Positions 25,521-38,992 of a stretch of 64,000 nucleotides of DNA are shown here, piece by piece. The notes under the pieces were generated by a model, which made no database searches, had not been told where the DNA came from, and saw nothing but the letters and a program-made list of their open reading frames with translations. The stretch is from assembly GCF_009914755.1 (NCBI RefSeq), contig NC_060925.1. One strand, 5' to 3'. The DNA comes from the human T2T-CHM13v2.0 reference genome, Homo sapiens. The translations under genes and the position numbers were made by a program. Each line of letters begins with the position of its first letter. The first letter of the stretch is position 1.

Positions 25521-26484
25521 CCAAGCATCTTTGGCATTTGTTACACAAGAATACATTGCTTCATACATGTAGCAAATATTCATTAAGCATGCATTATAGG
25601 CTATCTGTGAAGTCTTTGTCTGTGTTTGATACACACGTCTTTAAGCTTTGTATAAAATTAGTGTTTTTAGCCATAGCTTCCTAAACAAAATATAATGTTG
25701 TGCAATTTCTTATAATCAGAAAATCTTAATCATTTCTTTTAAAATATACTCTGAGTGCTTCAAAATTTTCAGATACTCCTTGGCAGAATTTGGGAGCATA
25801 TTGCAAGCATCATTGGTTTGGCACAGTCGATAGCTTACCTAATTTACTGGGTATATTTTAGCACATTTTTCATTTGATTATAGCTGCCACTGATATAAAT
25901 GCTATCCTCACATGAAAGTTACAGCAGTAGTGACAAGTATAGATGTCAATTTCAAAATTATGGACTGAAGCATCGAGCTAAATTATTCCCTGAGACAGTT
26001 TGGCATGTCTAGATTAATGAAAATAAGTGACGAATGTCAACTCTTTCTAATTAGGTGACATGCTGGAGGTACCATATGAATACAGCTTAGTTTTGGCATG
26101 AACTTAGAAGCATAAATATGTTAACTTTTCCATATTTTATTCATATACTGTATAAGTAATTTCAAATCTGCATATTTATTTAAAGATATATATTTTTAAA
26201 AACATTGTTTTCTGAGGCAAGTTTAACCTGGTTTACAAATCATCCTATGGTACTGATTAGAAAAAAAAAGTGCACTACATTTGAAGCAAGAGCAACTATA
26301 ACTTTCTCTATAGTTGAGAGCAAAATTACGCATCCTTTGGGACATAATGGACCTTTGCAAATCCAATTATATCTGCCAATTCAAAGAGTTTTCATTTTGT
26401 CTTGCTGTATCTACCAAAGTTATTTTTAAAAGCACTGGCAGATAAAATTAACATAATTTATTTAAAAGTTAAAAGCACTGTGGG

Positions 26485-29112
26485 AGTACTGACATCAGTA
26501 AAATGACATAATAAGAAGTCCTAGCCCCTCCACAGAAATATTGATTAAGCAATAATACATGGAGCAAAATACCTTTATGAGAATTCCAGAATCCAATTAA
26601 AAAGTTGCAGTATCCCAGGTGAGCACAAAGCTGGGAACACTTGCATTAAAACAGGTAAGAAGAGCAATTTTACTTTACCTGCATCAGTCCATTCCCAACA
26701 CCAAGAGAGAATGTCCTGGCTCCCTGCTTCTTGGTCAAGGGAAAAGAGAAGAGTGGAACATGCATGTAAAGTTCTAGCTCTTTGGAGGGCTGTCTGGGGG
26801 ACTGGTTTCTGTCAGTACCTCATTCAGAGCACTGACAGAACTGGCAGAGTTTGCATTCCTGGAGGCCCACTGAGAACAAGAAGAGGAGGGCATGGCTTGG
26901 TCCAGTCAGCATGACTTGGTGTGAATAGAAAAGGTACACAACTTGAAGCTTCTCCTTCAGGAGGAAAGGAGAGGAGTGGAGAGTGTATCCTGCATTTCAG
27001 CTCCTGGAATGGCTACCCAAGCAACTGGTAATAGTCTTGCCTTACTTAGGGCCCTGATTAGAAGCCAGAATACTTTGGATTTGGAGTTCAACTCTCCTTA
27101 CATCTCAAGGAACTGTTCAGAACAATTAGGCAAGAAAAAGAAATAAAGGGCATACAAATAAGAAAGAGGTACAATTTTCTCTGTTCACAGATGACATGAT
27201 GTTATACGTAGAAAACCCTAAAGATTTCACAAACTGTTAGAACTAATATATCAGTTCAGCAAAGTTGCAGGATACAAAATCAACACACAAAAAATAAATT
27301 ACATTCTGTACATTAACAATGAATAATTCAAAAAGGAAATTAAGAAACTAATCTTATCTACAGTAACACCAACAAAAATAATTAGGGAAGCAAAAGACCT
27401 GTAAACTGAAAATTATTAAATATTGATAAAATGAATTGAAGAGGACCTAAATAAATGAAGAGGCTCTTGTGTGCATGGATTTGAAGACTTAATATTGTTA
27501 AAATGCCCATGCTACCCAAAGCAATCTACAAATTCAATGCAATCTCTACCAAAATCCCAATGGCATTTTTAAAGTGAATTGTGTAATTGTTTTTTCAATT
27601 CTATAATTTGGAAAAACTCCCCTATCTCCCATGGAACCTCAAAGGACTCTGAATAGCCATAACAGTCTTCAAAAAAAAAATAATAATAACCAAAATAGAG
27701 GCTTCACATCGCTTGATTTCAAAACTACAGTATTAAAACATTATATTACTGCCATAAAGACATATAGACCAATGGAACAAAGAGAGCTGAGAAATAAACT
27801 CACTCATATATGTTCAAATGATCTTTGTCAATGGCATCAAGACTATTCAATGGGGAAAGGATAGTTTCTTCAAGAAATAGTGTGGGGAAAGCTGAATACC
27901 CACACACAAAAATCAACTCAAAATGGATTAAAAATTTAAAGATAAGATGGGAAACCATAAAATTCCTAAAAGAAAACACAGAAAAAGCTTCTTGCCAATT
28001 GGTCTTGGCAATGATTTATTGGATTTGACACCAAAAACAGGGTCAACAAAAGTAAGAATAGACATGTGGGATAACATCAAACTAAAAACTTCTGCATAAC
28101 AAAACAATCAACAGAATAAAAAGGCAACTACAGAATGGGAGAAAATATTTACACATGACATATCTGATAAGGGGTTAATATTCAAAATATACAGAAACTG
28201 TTAAAATTCAAAAACAAAATAACCCAATTTAAAAGTGGGCAAATAATTTAAAAACTTTTTTTTTAATTTTTTTATTATTATACTTTAAGTTTTAGGGTAC
28301 ATGGGCACAATTTTTTCCAAAAAGAAAAACAGATCTGTGAAAAGATGCTCAGCATCACTAATAATCGGGGAAATGCAACTCAAAACCACAATGAGGTATC
28401 ACCTCTTATCTGTCAAGATGGTCATAATCAGTTTTTTTAAGTGTTAGCAAGTATGCGTGCTAATAAAAAAAAAGAAAACTGTTAGCAGGGATGTGGACAA
28501 ATTAGAACCTTTTTGCATTGTTGGTAGGAATGTAAAATGTGCAGCCACTGTTTTCTAACAGTATGGAGGTTCCTCAAAATTTTATAAAAAGAACTACCAT
28601 ATAATCCAGCAATCCCACTTCTAGGCATTTATCCAAAACAATTGAAATCAGGATCTCAAAAATATATTTATGCCCTTATGATTATTTCAGCCTTTTTCAC
28701 AATAGCCGGGAAGTGACAACATCTTGAGCGTCCACAGTATAATATTACTTGCCATAAAAAAGGAAAGCCTGTCACGTGCAAAAACATGGATGAACTTTGA
28801 GGATGTTATTCTAAGTGACATAAGCTAATCGCAGAAGGACAAATACTAAATGTTTATACTTATGTGAGGTATCTAAATAGTCAAACACATAGAAACAGAA
28901 AGTAGAATGGTGGTTTCCAGGAGTTGAGAGGAGGAGAAAATGGGGAATTGCTGTTCAATAACTATAGAATTTCAGTCATGCAAGATGAAATAGTTCTAAA
29001 GATTTGCTGTACAACAATGTGTATATAATTAATAATCCTGTAATGTACACTTAAAAATTTGTTAAGAATTTAGATCTCATGTTATTTATTTTTTTTTTTT
29101 ACCACAACAAGC
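26485..29112 (+). mobile_element. L1MA9/L1MB-type element: 5'-end segment joined to the 3' half of ORF2 and the 3'UTR
   Basis: L1M 5'-end-like sequence 26485-27115. ORF2 resumes at caattaggcaagaaaaagaaataaagggcatac (27123). 3'UTR ends gttaagaatttagatctcatgtta..accacaac. Degenerate flanking repeat AAAAGCACT at 26471 and 29113. Confidence 0.8.
28256..28310 (-). mobile_element. Very short young L1PA (HS/PA2/PA3-type) 3' stub
   Basis: T-tract followed by ttattatactttaagttttagggtacatgggcacaa, the extreme 3' end of young L1, inserted antisense inside the older L1. Confidence 0.8.
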
Positions 29113-30289
29113 AAAAGCACTATAGGACTAGAATAGGCATGATACTAAGCACCTTACATTTATGTTAGGAACAAAATGAAAATATCAAAGTGTGAAAGTA
29201 CAAGAAACTTTAGATAAAAATATCAAAAAAGGGGAAACTTAAAACCTATGTCATTGGTTTAATTATGTTGTTATACTTTCATCTTATCAATGGAAACTAT
29301 ACGTATAAAATGCAAATGAAATTTTGGGTGAATTATAATAATGTAAACTGCTGATAGTTTACCTTTTATTTCAACAAATTCAAGTGAGCAAAAATATATC
29401 ATAATTGCTTTTTTTCCATTTTAATTCCTGATAGAGCCTTGCTTCCAAAATTAGAGTTGTGATAACAAGTCATGATAACCCTTATTGAAGTTGCCAGTCT
29501 TATTGCACAGATCATGTGCCAAATAGACTTTAAGATGCCTCTATATCAGTGCACTTATGTAGTTATGCTAGGTGAAGAAGCAATGTTATTACTCTAAATT
29601 TAGGAAATCCAGCTTCTTAATTTTAAAAACCCATTTTTGAATCTTTTTTCTATAAGTTCATTTTTACAAAGATGATAACTGCTATTAGGTTTCAAGGGAA
29701 GTTATACATATTATCTTTCTTCAAACAAGTGAGACAAAAGTTGAGACAAGTTAATAATGAATATGGCAACTTGCCTGCTACTTATTCACCATTAATAAAT
29801 GATAAATTGTTTTAATAACAAACTGGCTGTGCTTCTCAGAAATGAAATTAATTTTTAAAATATACATTTTGATAAATTATCAAAATTATCCATTCCAAAT
29901 ATGTTGGCCAATATTTCAAATAGTTTGGCTTCAACTTGGATGTCCTGTTGTCATTCATCATAACTGAGGTTTTCCCCTAAGCTGGTGCAATGTTCTATAT
30001 CTCGAAGCTAATTTGTCTTATCCAACCAGTAGGCAAATTAATCCCTGGAGCAAGTTAGGCACTTCAAGAAAGCTATGAACTTGCTCAGGTTCTGTGATAA
30101 ATTACTACTCCATAAATATTTAATGAAGTTAAATAAAAGAGTTCACAAACCTTACAGGTATGGTTGAATATATTTACTACTAAGACAGTTGATAAGTTAT
30201 GGGTTACATTCAAGTAACCACCCAAAACTGTCCCAAACCAACCTGTGTTTTATTTTTTCTGTAATTATCTCTACTACCACGTAGGCGGC

Positions 30290-30680
30290 TGATGAGATAG
30301 CTCAGAGACACCCCTGGAGAGTACAGCTTCTTGTAGTTTTCTGCCTAGCAATTTGGCTCTTGTCTTCCTGTTGTTGTGTGCATGTTGTATTCGCCACCAA
30401 TACCGTCATATCCATATTACAAGCAGAAAGATGGGAAAGGCAAAGTGAAGAAGACACTAAGAAGCCAACAGAACCTGTCTTCTTTTTCCTTTTAAAGAGC
30501 TTTCCCTAAGACTCCTAGTAACTTTGGCTTACATCATTTTAGCTTGTATTGGGTCACATCGCCACTCATAGTCACTGAAAGTTAGGAAATGCAAGATTTT
30601 AACATTTATGTACAAAATTGGGGCTCTTTTAGTAAAGAAAAGGAAAAAGGATAAAAGGCAGCTAGCAACATCTTCCAAAA
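30290..30680 (-). mobile_element. MLT1 (J/K-like) MaLR LTR fragment
   Basis: gcttacatcattttagc..tgggtcacat..ggaaatgcaag..aaaattggggctct..gcagctagcaacatc. Confidence 0.5.
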
Positions 30681-32081
30681 CATGCCTGAATAGTTAATTG
30701 ATAAATGCAAGAAATTTTATGGTTTGTTTCTTGAGCTATAGATACTAGAATTGTATCACATTACATGTAAATGATTTAAAACATAGTTTGTACCTAATGT
30801 TAATAATGCTTCCTGCAAGTCAAACCATCAAATCTTCAGTGTGGCCCAATATTGTAAATAAGAATATCCTAACTTAATATTATCTGTTTGAAAAGCCTGT
30901 ATGTTAATTTGAATATTAGACTACATATTGAAATTAATGTTTCATATTTACATTGTTTTCCAGATAAGGAGACATTTGAACTGCCTACATTCTCACTTAG
31001 AGTTATGGCTGTTTCATATGTTGATAAGAATGCCTTTTGTCAAAGAAACAATAAGTGGTTATTTAATTTAGATTTGATATACACAGAAATGGGATGCAAA
31101 AGAGCCAGTTAGTATATTTTTTCAAGTAGAAAAAAATAGTAAGAATTTTAAGCATTCCCAGTACCATAATCACCAAGATGGAAACATGCTTACTTTTTTG
31201 TCAGCTTTTAAAATTTTACCCACAAACATTACTCTAAGGAAATTCCTGAAAATTTGAGTTCTTAAATTTATGAGATGGTATATTGTCAGTTTGACATACT
31301 GGCTTCTGTAATAATAATAAGCTATGTAATAACATGAACAAAACTGCAACTGTATAATAATTGTTAGCAAGGCCTGATTAGTGATCCTGCAAATAGACTA
31401 TATTATATCACATTTGTCATATGAGTTTGTAGCACTAAGGTAGACTAATGCTGTTTTGAAACAATGTAGTACTTGGTTCAATTCCAGTATGTGGAATGGT
31501 AACTTTCTTTTTTACTAACTAACATATTTTGGGGAACCTTCTCTGAAATACCCATAAACTTAAGACTTCATAGTTAAAACTGCAGGTGTTATATTATCAA
31601 ACTCTGTTGCAGCATATGTTTATTTAACATTCGTCAAATGGAGTACTGATTTGTTCAAACCACTTTAATTGACATTGAGGCTACAGTGGTGAACATGACT
31701 TGATTTCTTCCCTCAAGGAGTTAATAGTCTGATTCAGTGAATGCCAGTGGTAATTCACACTTGAAAGATGCTTCCTCCATGTTATTGTAATGAGAGGGCT
31801 CTAGGTTAACCACTTGGGTATAACAATAACAATAGTAGAAATAAACAATTTTAGCAACAATGTAATGGGAAGTATCAAGAAATAACTACCATAATCCTTT
31901 ATTACATTATAATTATTTAAAAGGAAAAGAGAGAGAATAGAAAAAAAAGGAAAGGAGAGGAAAAGGAAAACTAAAGGAAAGGACAAGACATAAATATTTA
32001 ATGAGAAGCAAAACATTATAATGTTTCATTTTATTGTAAACCTCCACAGTCTGTTATAAACCCCAAATTAGATACTTATAT

Positions 32082-32110
32082 TGTGTGTGTGTGTATGTGT
32101 GTGTGTGTGT
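32082..32110. repeat. (TG)n microsatellite
   Basis: Directly visible, with one interruption. Confidence 0.9.
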
Positions 32111-32120
32111 TACTGGTTAC

Positions 32121-32147
32121 TGACCTAAATTCACACTGACCTAATTT
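32121..32147 (-). promoter_or_regulatory. Two tandem consensus ROR/REV-ERB response elements (candidate)
   Basis: Minus strand AATTTAGGTCA (32121-32131) and AAATTAGGTCA (32137-32147) both match WAWNTRGGTCA. Function is untested. Confidence 0.3.
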
Positions 32148-33069
32148 CTCACCAGCATTTCTATGTTACTAATGTGATAAACATTCCTAACATATCATTA
32201 TTCTATGATTAATCTGAAAGACTAAAAGAATAATATTTAAAAGTATAGTGACTAGCTAGGAGCATTATAATTATTTAAGACAACAATTTATTGGAGTTTC
32301 AATAGCACTATCTTTTGCATAGATGATTTCATGCAAAACATTAGCAGTGCTTCAAGATATTTATTATAGGTAGAATTATTTCAGAATGACATATAAAATC
32401 ATATATGGAAGCAGATTATAAATTTATCCGTATCATCCGATTTGAAAAGTATAAGATTCCCAAGGATCCTCTTCATCCAGGTGCTATGTATCTGAACTGC
32501 CACAAGTAAAATGTATACATTGTATTTTTCCCCGATGTGTCTTCTGTATGTAAAGTATTAAAAGTTATAATATTGAATTAATTTACCCTATGATATTATT
32601 GACTTACCTAGGTCTGCAGAGAATGTAAGAAGAGATAAAAGCAGAGAAAGCATAGGAAGAAAGGAAAATTAACAAAAGGAGACTTGAGGGCTCATGCAGA
32701 TGAATTTTCTTCCTATTTTAAAATTTTGTCTAGGAATAGTCCTGCTAAAATAACCAGTTTCTGTCATGTTATGTTTCAGGCCGTTCCTTATTTCAGGTTC
32801 TTCACCACAGTCACAGACTTATTTATCCTCTGTGCTTTTTCATAGAACATTTACCAGTGAAATAAATTCCTTTGATTTAATACTATCAAAAATGATGGGA
32901 GACTTTTGGTTAAAATCCATATACTATTTTATTGATTCTTTCCAATGTATCTCATAGCAGCTGTTTTTCAATTCATCATTTTTATACCCATAGAATCAGC
33001 ATTTAATGGCTCTTACTCAAGCCTAAAGTAACAATATGTATTCTTAGTAATATTATTCTGATGTAATAC

Positions 33070-33215
33070 AAAAAAACTAGGGTTAACAGAAGTGTTAGAG
33101 ATTTTGGAATGAGTGAAATGTGAATCCTATCTTTGCTACTTCCTGTCTGTGTCATTTCTGGCAGCTTAGAGATGGCATTTCTAAGCTCCATTACATCATA
33201 TTTTTAGTATAACAT
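33070..33215 (+). mobile_element. MIR fragment
   Basis: tgtgaatcctatctttgctacttcctgtctgtgtcatttctggcag. Confidence 0.5.
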
Positions 33216-33309
33216 ATTTTAAATAATTCATATTAGCTTGTTTTATCTCTTCTAAAATATATCATCATGACAACTGAATTTATTTGTTTTTTAAAATGGG
33301 ATCTCCATT

Positions 33310-35460
33310 ATTGTCAGCATGAAGCACTAAACACCCTGAAAGTACCTTTCCATAAAATCAACTAAAAAATCTGGATAAAATACAAGCGATATATTTTTAA
33401 GTGAGTTGCCACACTGGCTAAAAAATTAGGAAGTAGCTAGAAGCTAAATCAAGGAGAACCTCCTAGAAGGTAGGTAAGAATTGAAGGTAGATTTAACTGT
33501 AGAACTTCAGCTCCTGTTTTAGTGGCTGGAAATGGTCTTGGAGTCGGGAAATAAAGCTTAGATATTCTTTGGAGTAAAATACACTAATGAGGACCTAAAA
33601 AAAATCCTCAAAGACAAATGTCCAGAAAAGTAAGTTCATTATATAAAACATACAAAGAAACAAGAAACCATAAAAGGAACCACATCCTGTATCAAAGTCA
33701 GCAGTAACAAGAATCAGAAGAATCACATCGCAAAGTTTTTAAATACTAGAACCTTCTAAAGTGTATGTGTTTCAGGAAATACACAATGGAAATGGGAGAA
33801 AAGAACAAGAGTCTATAACAATAACTGGGTGGATTTCTGAAAATAAGAAAGGTATAATTAAATAAACCAACAAGGTATGATGACACATACTGAGGTTAGC
33901 AACAGCAAAAAGCCATTTTTGCCTCCATGTCTAAAGGAGCATAGAAAAGGAGAGGTTACAAGAAATTGGAGGTAGCTGTAATTGGAGCTATAGGATAGGG
34001 TTGTCCAAGAGGAACTGCAAACTTTGGTAGAAGAATGCAGCTTCTGCTCACCCACAGCCTACTAAGGAGGCAGGTTGGGAAATAAATACTCCTTTCTCTC
34101 CCCACACTCAAATGTCCTGCTGGTACTTTTCATTGGCCAAGCATACCTGGACACCAGAGACAAGAAAACTTAGATGATGCGTAATAGAGAGGTTGCTGAG
34201 CCAGAAAATAGAGCAGAATGGAGAAGAGAGAATCTAGAGGGATAAAAAGAGAATTCCCAACACAGGAGAACAATGAGGATAGAGTGAAAAGGCTTAAGCT
34301 ACAAACAGAGTTATAAAAGGAAAAAAAAAATATTCAAAGATAAAATAGATGACAGCATTTCAGAATTGCTGAGAGACAATGCATCTCTAATCCAAAAAAT
34401 AAAACCAGTAAAAAAAATGTATAAATAGACAATGTCATAGTGAAACTGAAGAACACCAAAAACAAACAAGACCTTAAACAATCAGCCAAAAAAAAAAAAA
34501 AGATTACCTTTCAAGGAAGGACAGTTGAATAATAACTGATATCTCAACAGCTGCAATGACTCCATAGAATACAACCATATACATTTAATTTCTCATCTAG
34601 CAAAGACATTTTTCAACAAGAGGGACAAAATATGGACATTTTCAGAAGAACAACAGAGAGGGTTTAAAAAATGTCTTGACACACTTTAAAGAAAATTCTA
34701 AAGGATGAAGTTCAGAAAGAAGGAAGATAATCAAAAGGCACTACATACAATAAAGAACAGTAAACAAATATTACATATGTAGATATATCTAAACATAGAA
34801 AAATCATGATTTCCAAAGTAGAAAACATAAAAAATAAAATGAAACAAGAAAAAAGGGTCCCAATTCAAAAGAAGAGAAGAAAAGCAAAATGCAAAATCTG
34901 TATAAATAGCACAAAATAAGATAGTAGACTTAAATTCAAGTTATCAGCAAATCAGATAAATGCAAATATAATATTCTGATTTAAAACTGAATTTAAAAAA
35001 TCTTTTAAAATTCACAACCATATTTTTTTTCAACAGGCATATCTTAAATATAAGAACCCCAAAACAACTTATTGCCAAAGTATGGAAAATGATATTCCAG
35101 GCAATTAATACTCATGAGGGGTTCTGCAACTATATTATCAGATAAGCAGATTTTAAGGCAAATATTATTTTTAGCTCTTACAATCACTACATAATGATAA
35201 AAGGTTCAATCCATCAGAATATTATAACTTCTGTATACTCAATAATATAGTCTCAAATTACATAAAGCAAAAAGAAATGACAGAACTGTAGGAAAAATAG
35301 ACAAATTAACTATCATATTGGGGGCAGTGTTTATGCTTTTCTCACTAGTTAATAGACAAACAGAAACAAAATCAGCAACATTTGGATCAATACACATTCT
35401 TTCCAAAGCACACCTCAACAATGAATTCGGCAAAAACGTAGATAAAAGCCGATGTTAGAT
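33310..35460 (+). mobile_element. Old L1M 5'/ORF1/ORF2-start fragments with an MLT/LTR-like insertion at about 33860-34265
   Basis: A-rich sense L1 phrases (catagtgaaactgaagaacaccaaa; gactgatatctcaacag-like; aaaggttcaatccatcag; ggaaaaatagacaaattaactatcatattgggg). Confidence 0.6.
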
Positions 35461-35469
35461 GTTGATATG

Positions 35470-35890
35470 CAGTAAGGTAAAAGAAAAAGTACAGCCTGGT
35501 AAGGAGGATCAAGAATGTTGATGTAGGAGTGGTATGCCAAGTGTAGGATTAACTGTGGTTCTCAGGAAAGGCCCCTGAAAAAGTAACATTTGAATAAGGA
35601 CTTAATGAAGGGATTCCAAAGAGAAGACATTGCTAGTGTAAAGGCCTAAGGTGGGAGAATATTGTCTATGCTCAAGTTGATTAGAAGGGGAAATAAAAGA
35701 TTTAAGGGAAGGTTACAGGCAGCCAAACATAAAGCGCCTTTGTAAAGATGTCTTTTGCTCTGTGTGAAATAGGAAGTCCTTGGAGTGTTGGAGGCAGTGC
35801 AGTGACACAATTTGACTCATGATTTAAAAGGACCCTCTGGATGTTGAATTGAGAATAGATAATGAGGGAGACGGATTGTAGCATAAAGGC
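35470..35890 (-). mobile_element. L2 fragment
   Basis: ggaaaggcccctgaaaagtaacatttgaataaggacttaatg..gtgacacaatttgactcatgatttaaaaggaccctctgg. Confidence 0.65.
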
Positions 35891-37019
35891 TGTACACGTA
35901 TGCTCTAACATTCCTTTAATGTGTTATGTATTTAATATATTTACATTAATATAAATAACTTATTTAGATATGCACAAAAGAAGCCAGTAGAAGATAGCCA
36001 AAAAGAAAAAAGAAAAGTCCTTGGCCATGTTTGGGGTAAGGAACAGAAAATGAAATGCCAGGTTCAGAGTTTAAAGGGGAAGTGTTATGTCCCAGAGATG
36101 TGATACTTCCTCATGACTCCACAAAGTTTTAGAAAAAAAAGAACAAAGATTTTTTAATGCTCGTGGAACTAACACAGAACTATGTGATGTCCACTGACCA
36201 CTTCAAGCTGCTAGTATATTCACTCAATCGCAAATAAAAATTTAATTTTTCCCAAGAACCTATCTTCCTAAATAAATGAGTCATCTTGATTCTTCTTTCC
36301 CTAGTAAAAGATACAGCATATTCCATTTTCTCATCTCAGTATAAAATTCTAAGAGATTAAAAGTATTTTATGCCTTACAACATCCCAGAAATTATAACCA
36401 TGAGTGTGATCATGTTTTATTTTTCTCATCAATGAGTCATAGCCATCAAACAGTACTCACTTGATTAATCGTAACAGTTCATTTATTTTAAAAAATGCTG
36501 AATATCTTTTACTCTGAGTGGTCAGCACCATCTGCAACAATCCTAGAAAATTTACCAGGAGAACATTGTGTCAATACTCAAAAAGCCCCAGATCTAGTGA
36601 CTAGAAACCATTGCCTTATGATCATAACTACAGCTCAAAGATAATCACCATGGGTAGGACCCAGAAGGAGAGCAGGCTGAAGGCAGAAGTCCAGGGAAGC
36701 ACTTGGTCTTTACTTCCCCAGATTATAAAATGAATGTCATTTATATTCTATGTATGGTATATATTTAGACATTTATGAACATTTTGAAAAGAATGACATT
36801 TTTTTCATATTTGCCAGCTCTCCTCATTTCACTTTGAGGAAGGAAAGCATGCTTTTCTTACAAAAGCATTACATTCCCTCCACACACATTTTTTATTCTG
36901 CATCTAACAGCTACCATATATGGTAGTAGTTCCTTCCCTGAGACATAAGAAGCCTCCAGGGGAAGGTGCAATAATCTGAACATGAGCAGAACAGTTTTTT
37001 CATTTAGGCAACTTTGCTC

Positions 37020-37200
37020 AGGTGGGAAGATTGTAGGAATCAGAAAACGTGAGCTTGAATCTGGCTTTGCAGTGACATTGGACAAGTGGGTCTTAATTTC
37101 TTCGTCTCTAAAAGACTAAACCCACAGGTCTTATCCTCATCTTTATAAGGATAAATAATATATGTAAAGATGCTCTATAACCATAAGCTCATTAGTACTG
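37020..37200 (+). mobile_element. MIR fragment
   Basis: gagcttgaatctggctttgcagtgacattggacaagt..cttaatttcttcgtct. Confidence 0.55.
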
Positions 37201-38234
37201 TGTAGGGCATACATTTATTGCTAAAACCATTCATTCAATCATTTAAAAATAAATATTTAATGTTTGCTGTGGTCAGTGTTGTTTACAAAAGGTAAAATCT
37301 AGATTTTTCAAGACATTCATAATGATACCAATCTATTCTGAATTCTATTTCTTTATAAATAAAGTGAGAATAATGTACTATTGTGTTTGCTATTTTCCTA
37401 AATGCGTGACATGGCAATGCACAAACAAGTTTCTTGTTGCTGAAACATTGCTGGTCTTTGTTCTTTTGGTAAATCATTGCTGCCCTTACAAATGAGGAAT
37501 TTTGTTTAGTTTCCAACTGGACAGCACTTCACAAATCTTTTTGTTTTGTTAAGCATTTCACTCTCTTTTAAGCAGTTTAGGTGTGGTTAACATGTGGTTT
37601 CTTTTCACACTAATCTTGCCATTAAACTTTAGATTGTCCTTATTAACTATCAACTCAACATAGTTGGCTGAGATAATTGGGTATCGATTATTTTTGCACT
37701 GTCATTTGCAGTTCAAATTGGATCTTTATAAACACTTGAGACTATTTATCAATGGCTATTGAAACCTTGATATGCATGCTTTCAGCATAGTCCTGGTCTG
37801 GGGTTTGGTTCACTGTGCTTCAAACTCTACTTTCCTTGGAAAAAAACTTAGTACCTCACTGATAAGGCAAGGCATGTGTCACTGCTTCTTCAACAATTTT
37901 CTCATTTCTCTTGAATTCAGAGCCAAATAAGGAAATCTAGAATTCTGAAGAGGTTTCTTGGTTTTAGGGTTTCATGAGGTTGGATGGTCAGAGTGTTGCC
38001 CTGTTCTTTTTTTTCCCTGGGCAGGACAGAGAAGACTATTTATTATTATTTCCAACAATAAGATAGAAATCTTATTTCTTCTTTTTCCATAAGAATGGTT
38101 AGTCCTACTTTCATTTTTAATTCCTTTTTTTATTTATTTTTTCTTACCATGAATTATTTCTGTTGAATTTTGAGACCTACAGAAATGTGAGTCATATGTA
38201 TGTTCAACAGTCATGCCAAGTAGAGGCTTTCAGA

Positions 38235-38300
38235 TGTGCTGTAGTATGTAATACAGTTTTCACATGGTTATTTGGATTCAATAAGTTAAAATTCAATACA
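38235..38300 (-). mobile_element. MER3 DNA transposon, left portion (split by L1MA)
   Basis: tgtgctgt..aatacag..cacatggttattt..gttaaaattcaataca resembles the part of MER3 missing from the 47230 copy. Confidence 0.5.
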
Positions 38301-38672
38301 TTTTTTAATTTTAATTTTTAAGGACACATAGTAGATGTATATATTTATGGGTTACATGAGATATTTTGATACCGGCATGCAATGCATACAAATGATATTA
38401 GGATAAATAGAGTATTCATCACCTCAAGCATTTATCCTTTGTGTTATGAGCAATCCAATTATGCTTTTAGTTATTTTTTAATTGCACAATTAAATTATTT
38501 CAACTATAGTCACTCTATTGTACTAGCAAATATTTAATACTAGGTCTTATTTATTCTTTCTAATTTTTGATACCCATTAGCCCTCCCTACCTCTTCCCCT
38601 ACACCCTCACTACCCAGCCCAGTCTCTGGTAACCATCGTCCTACTCTCTGTCTCCATTAGTTCAATCGTTTT

Positions 38673-38992
<320 letters not shown>

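Noticed and set aside
32760-32815. Tandem acceptor-like sites (tgtttcag, tatttcag, caccacag)
   Set aside because: No matching donor or protein similarity.
36522-36540. TCAGCACC as a full REST/RE1 element
   Set aside because: The right half-site (GGACAG) is absent.
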